From NCBI GenBank assembly GCA_965113315.1, contig OZ220370.1: DNA of 64,000 nt, one strand, 5' to 3'. Of the stretch, positions 63,235 through 64,000 are shown piece by piece; positions within the stretch are counted from its first letter, which is position 1; each line of letters opens with the position of its first letter. Position numbers and translations under genes: made by a program. The notes beneath the pieces are model-generated. The model made no database searches. It was not told where the DNA came from and was given only the letters and a program-made list of their open reading frames with translations. The DNA is from Podarcis vaucheri. Its lineage: Eukaryota.

Positions 63235-64000
63235 GTTTAAGGGTTGTGTGTGTTTTCAGTGTAGGAGAGGCTGATCCCCGTACAAACAGGAAATGAGAAG
63301 GAGCAGCAAAAAAAATCTCCCATGCATTGGAATTTTTGAGGGATTGTTTACTGTGATGTTTTGCGGACGCCATTTGAGGTACTGGTGCACCGAGGTGCCG
63401 TACTGGCAAGCTCTGCTGGACCCAGGGTGCATAGACTACACGCTTCTTTAACATTACTTGTGATTAACATTGTAATTGTTACAACTGCTCAGCTGTTTGT
63501 GTACAGATGCACAGACTGTACACACGTCGAATGAAACATGTGATGGACATGCTTTGAAGTCTCATGGATGTATAGCTGTGTTTCTGGCTCGTAGGCTAGG
63601 GTTGTCGGTTCGAGGTGAGTGACACTATTGCTTTAGCATCTCTGTGAATAGTGGTAGGGGCATAGATGAATAGGCTGCTGCAGAAGTTGGGTGATGTTTC
63701 CCTCAGAAAAAAAATAATAAATCCTGTCACAATGGTAAAATGGATTGGATTTGTGTTTGTTCAGTTGACTTTATATAAACTAAGGCTGTGTCCTAAAGCT
63801 TTAAATTCATTCGAAGCACACACCTTCTGTCAAAAAATTCTGGGCACCATAGTTTACCCTTCACAGAGTTACAATTCCAAACAACTTTTAACAAACTACA
63901 GTGCCAACTACAAACTACAGTATCTGACCTTTGTTATAAAGCACTAATTACTTTTCTTTTAGTAGCGACACACCTACGGGTGGCATAGAATTAGAAAATA

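Overview
Vertebrate genomic DNA, almost certainly a lacertid lizard, judging by Sauria/Squam1 SINEs, Squam3-type CORE SINEs, BovB and squamate CR1/L2. There is one clear protein-coding gene, SLC35B3 (PAPST2, Golgi PAPS transporter), on the minus strand. It has a CpG-island promoter and probable non-coding exon 1 near 51.4 kb, nine coding exons from 45861 to 28965 that splice in phase to 1110 nt (369 aa plus stop), and a poly(A) signal at 28055-28060. The rest is intergenic or intronic. It is dense in transposons, often nested, and has blocks that look like conserved non-coding elements, four of them containing irregular N runs. The most notable observations are two minimal hammerhead-ribozyme motifs in Penelope-like repeats, a full-length 1.15-kb non-coding L1-type element with a human-L1-like YY1 5' end that splits a tRNA SINE, a CR1 with a twin-priming-type 5' inversion, and a hAT MITE that apparently moved as a dimer. 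I found no evidence of a wholly new multi-gene system. Repeat family names are from recognition, not from a database search.
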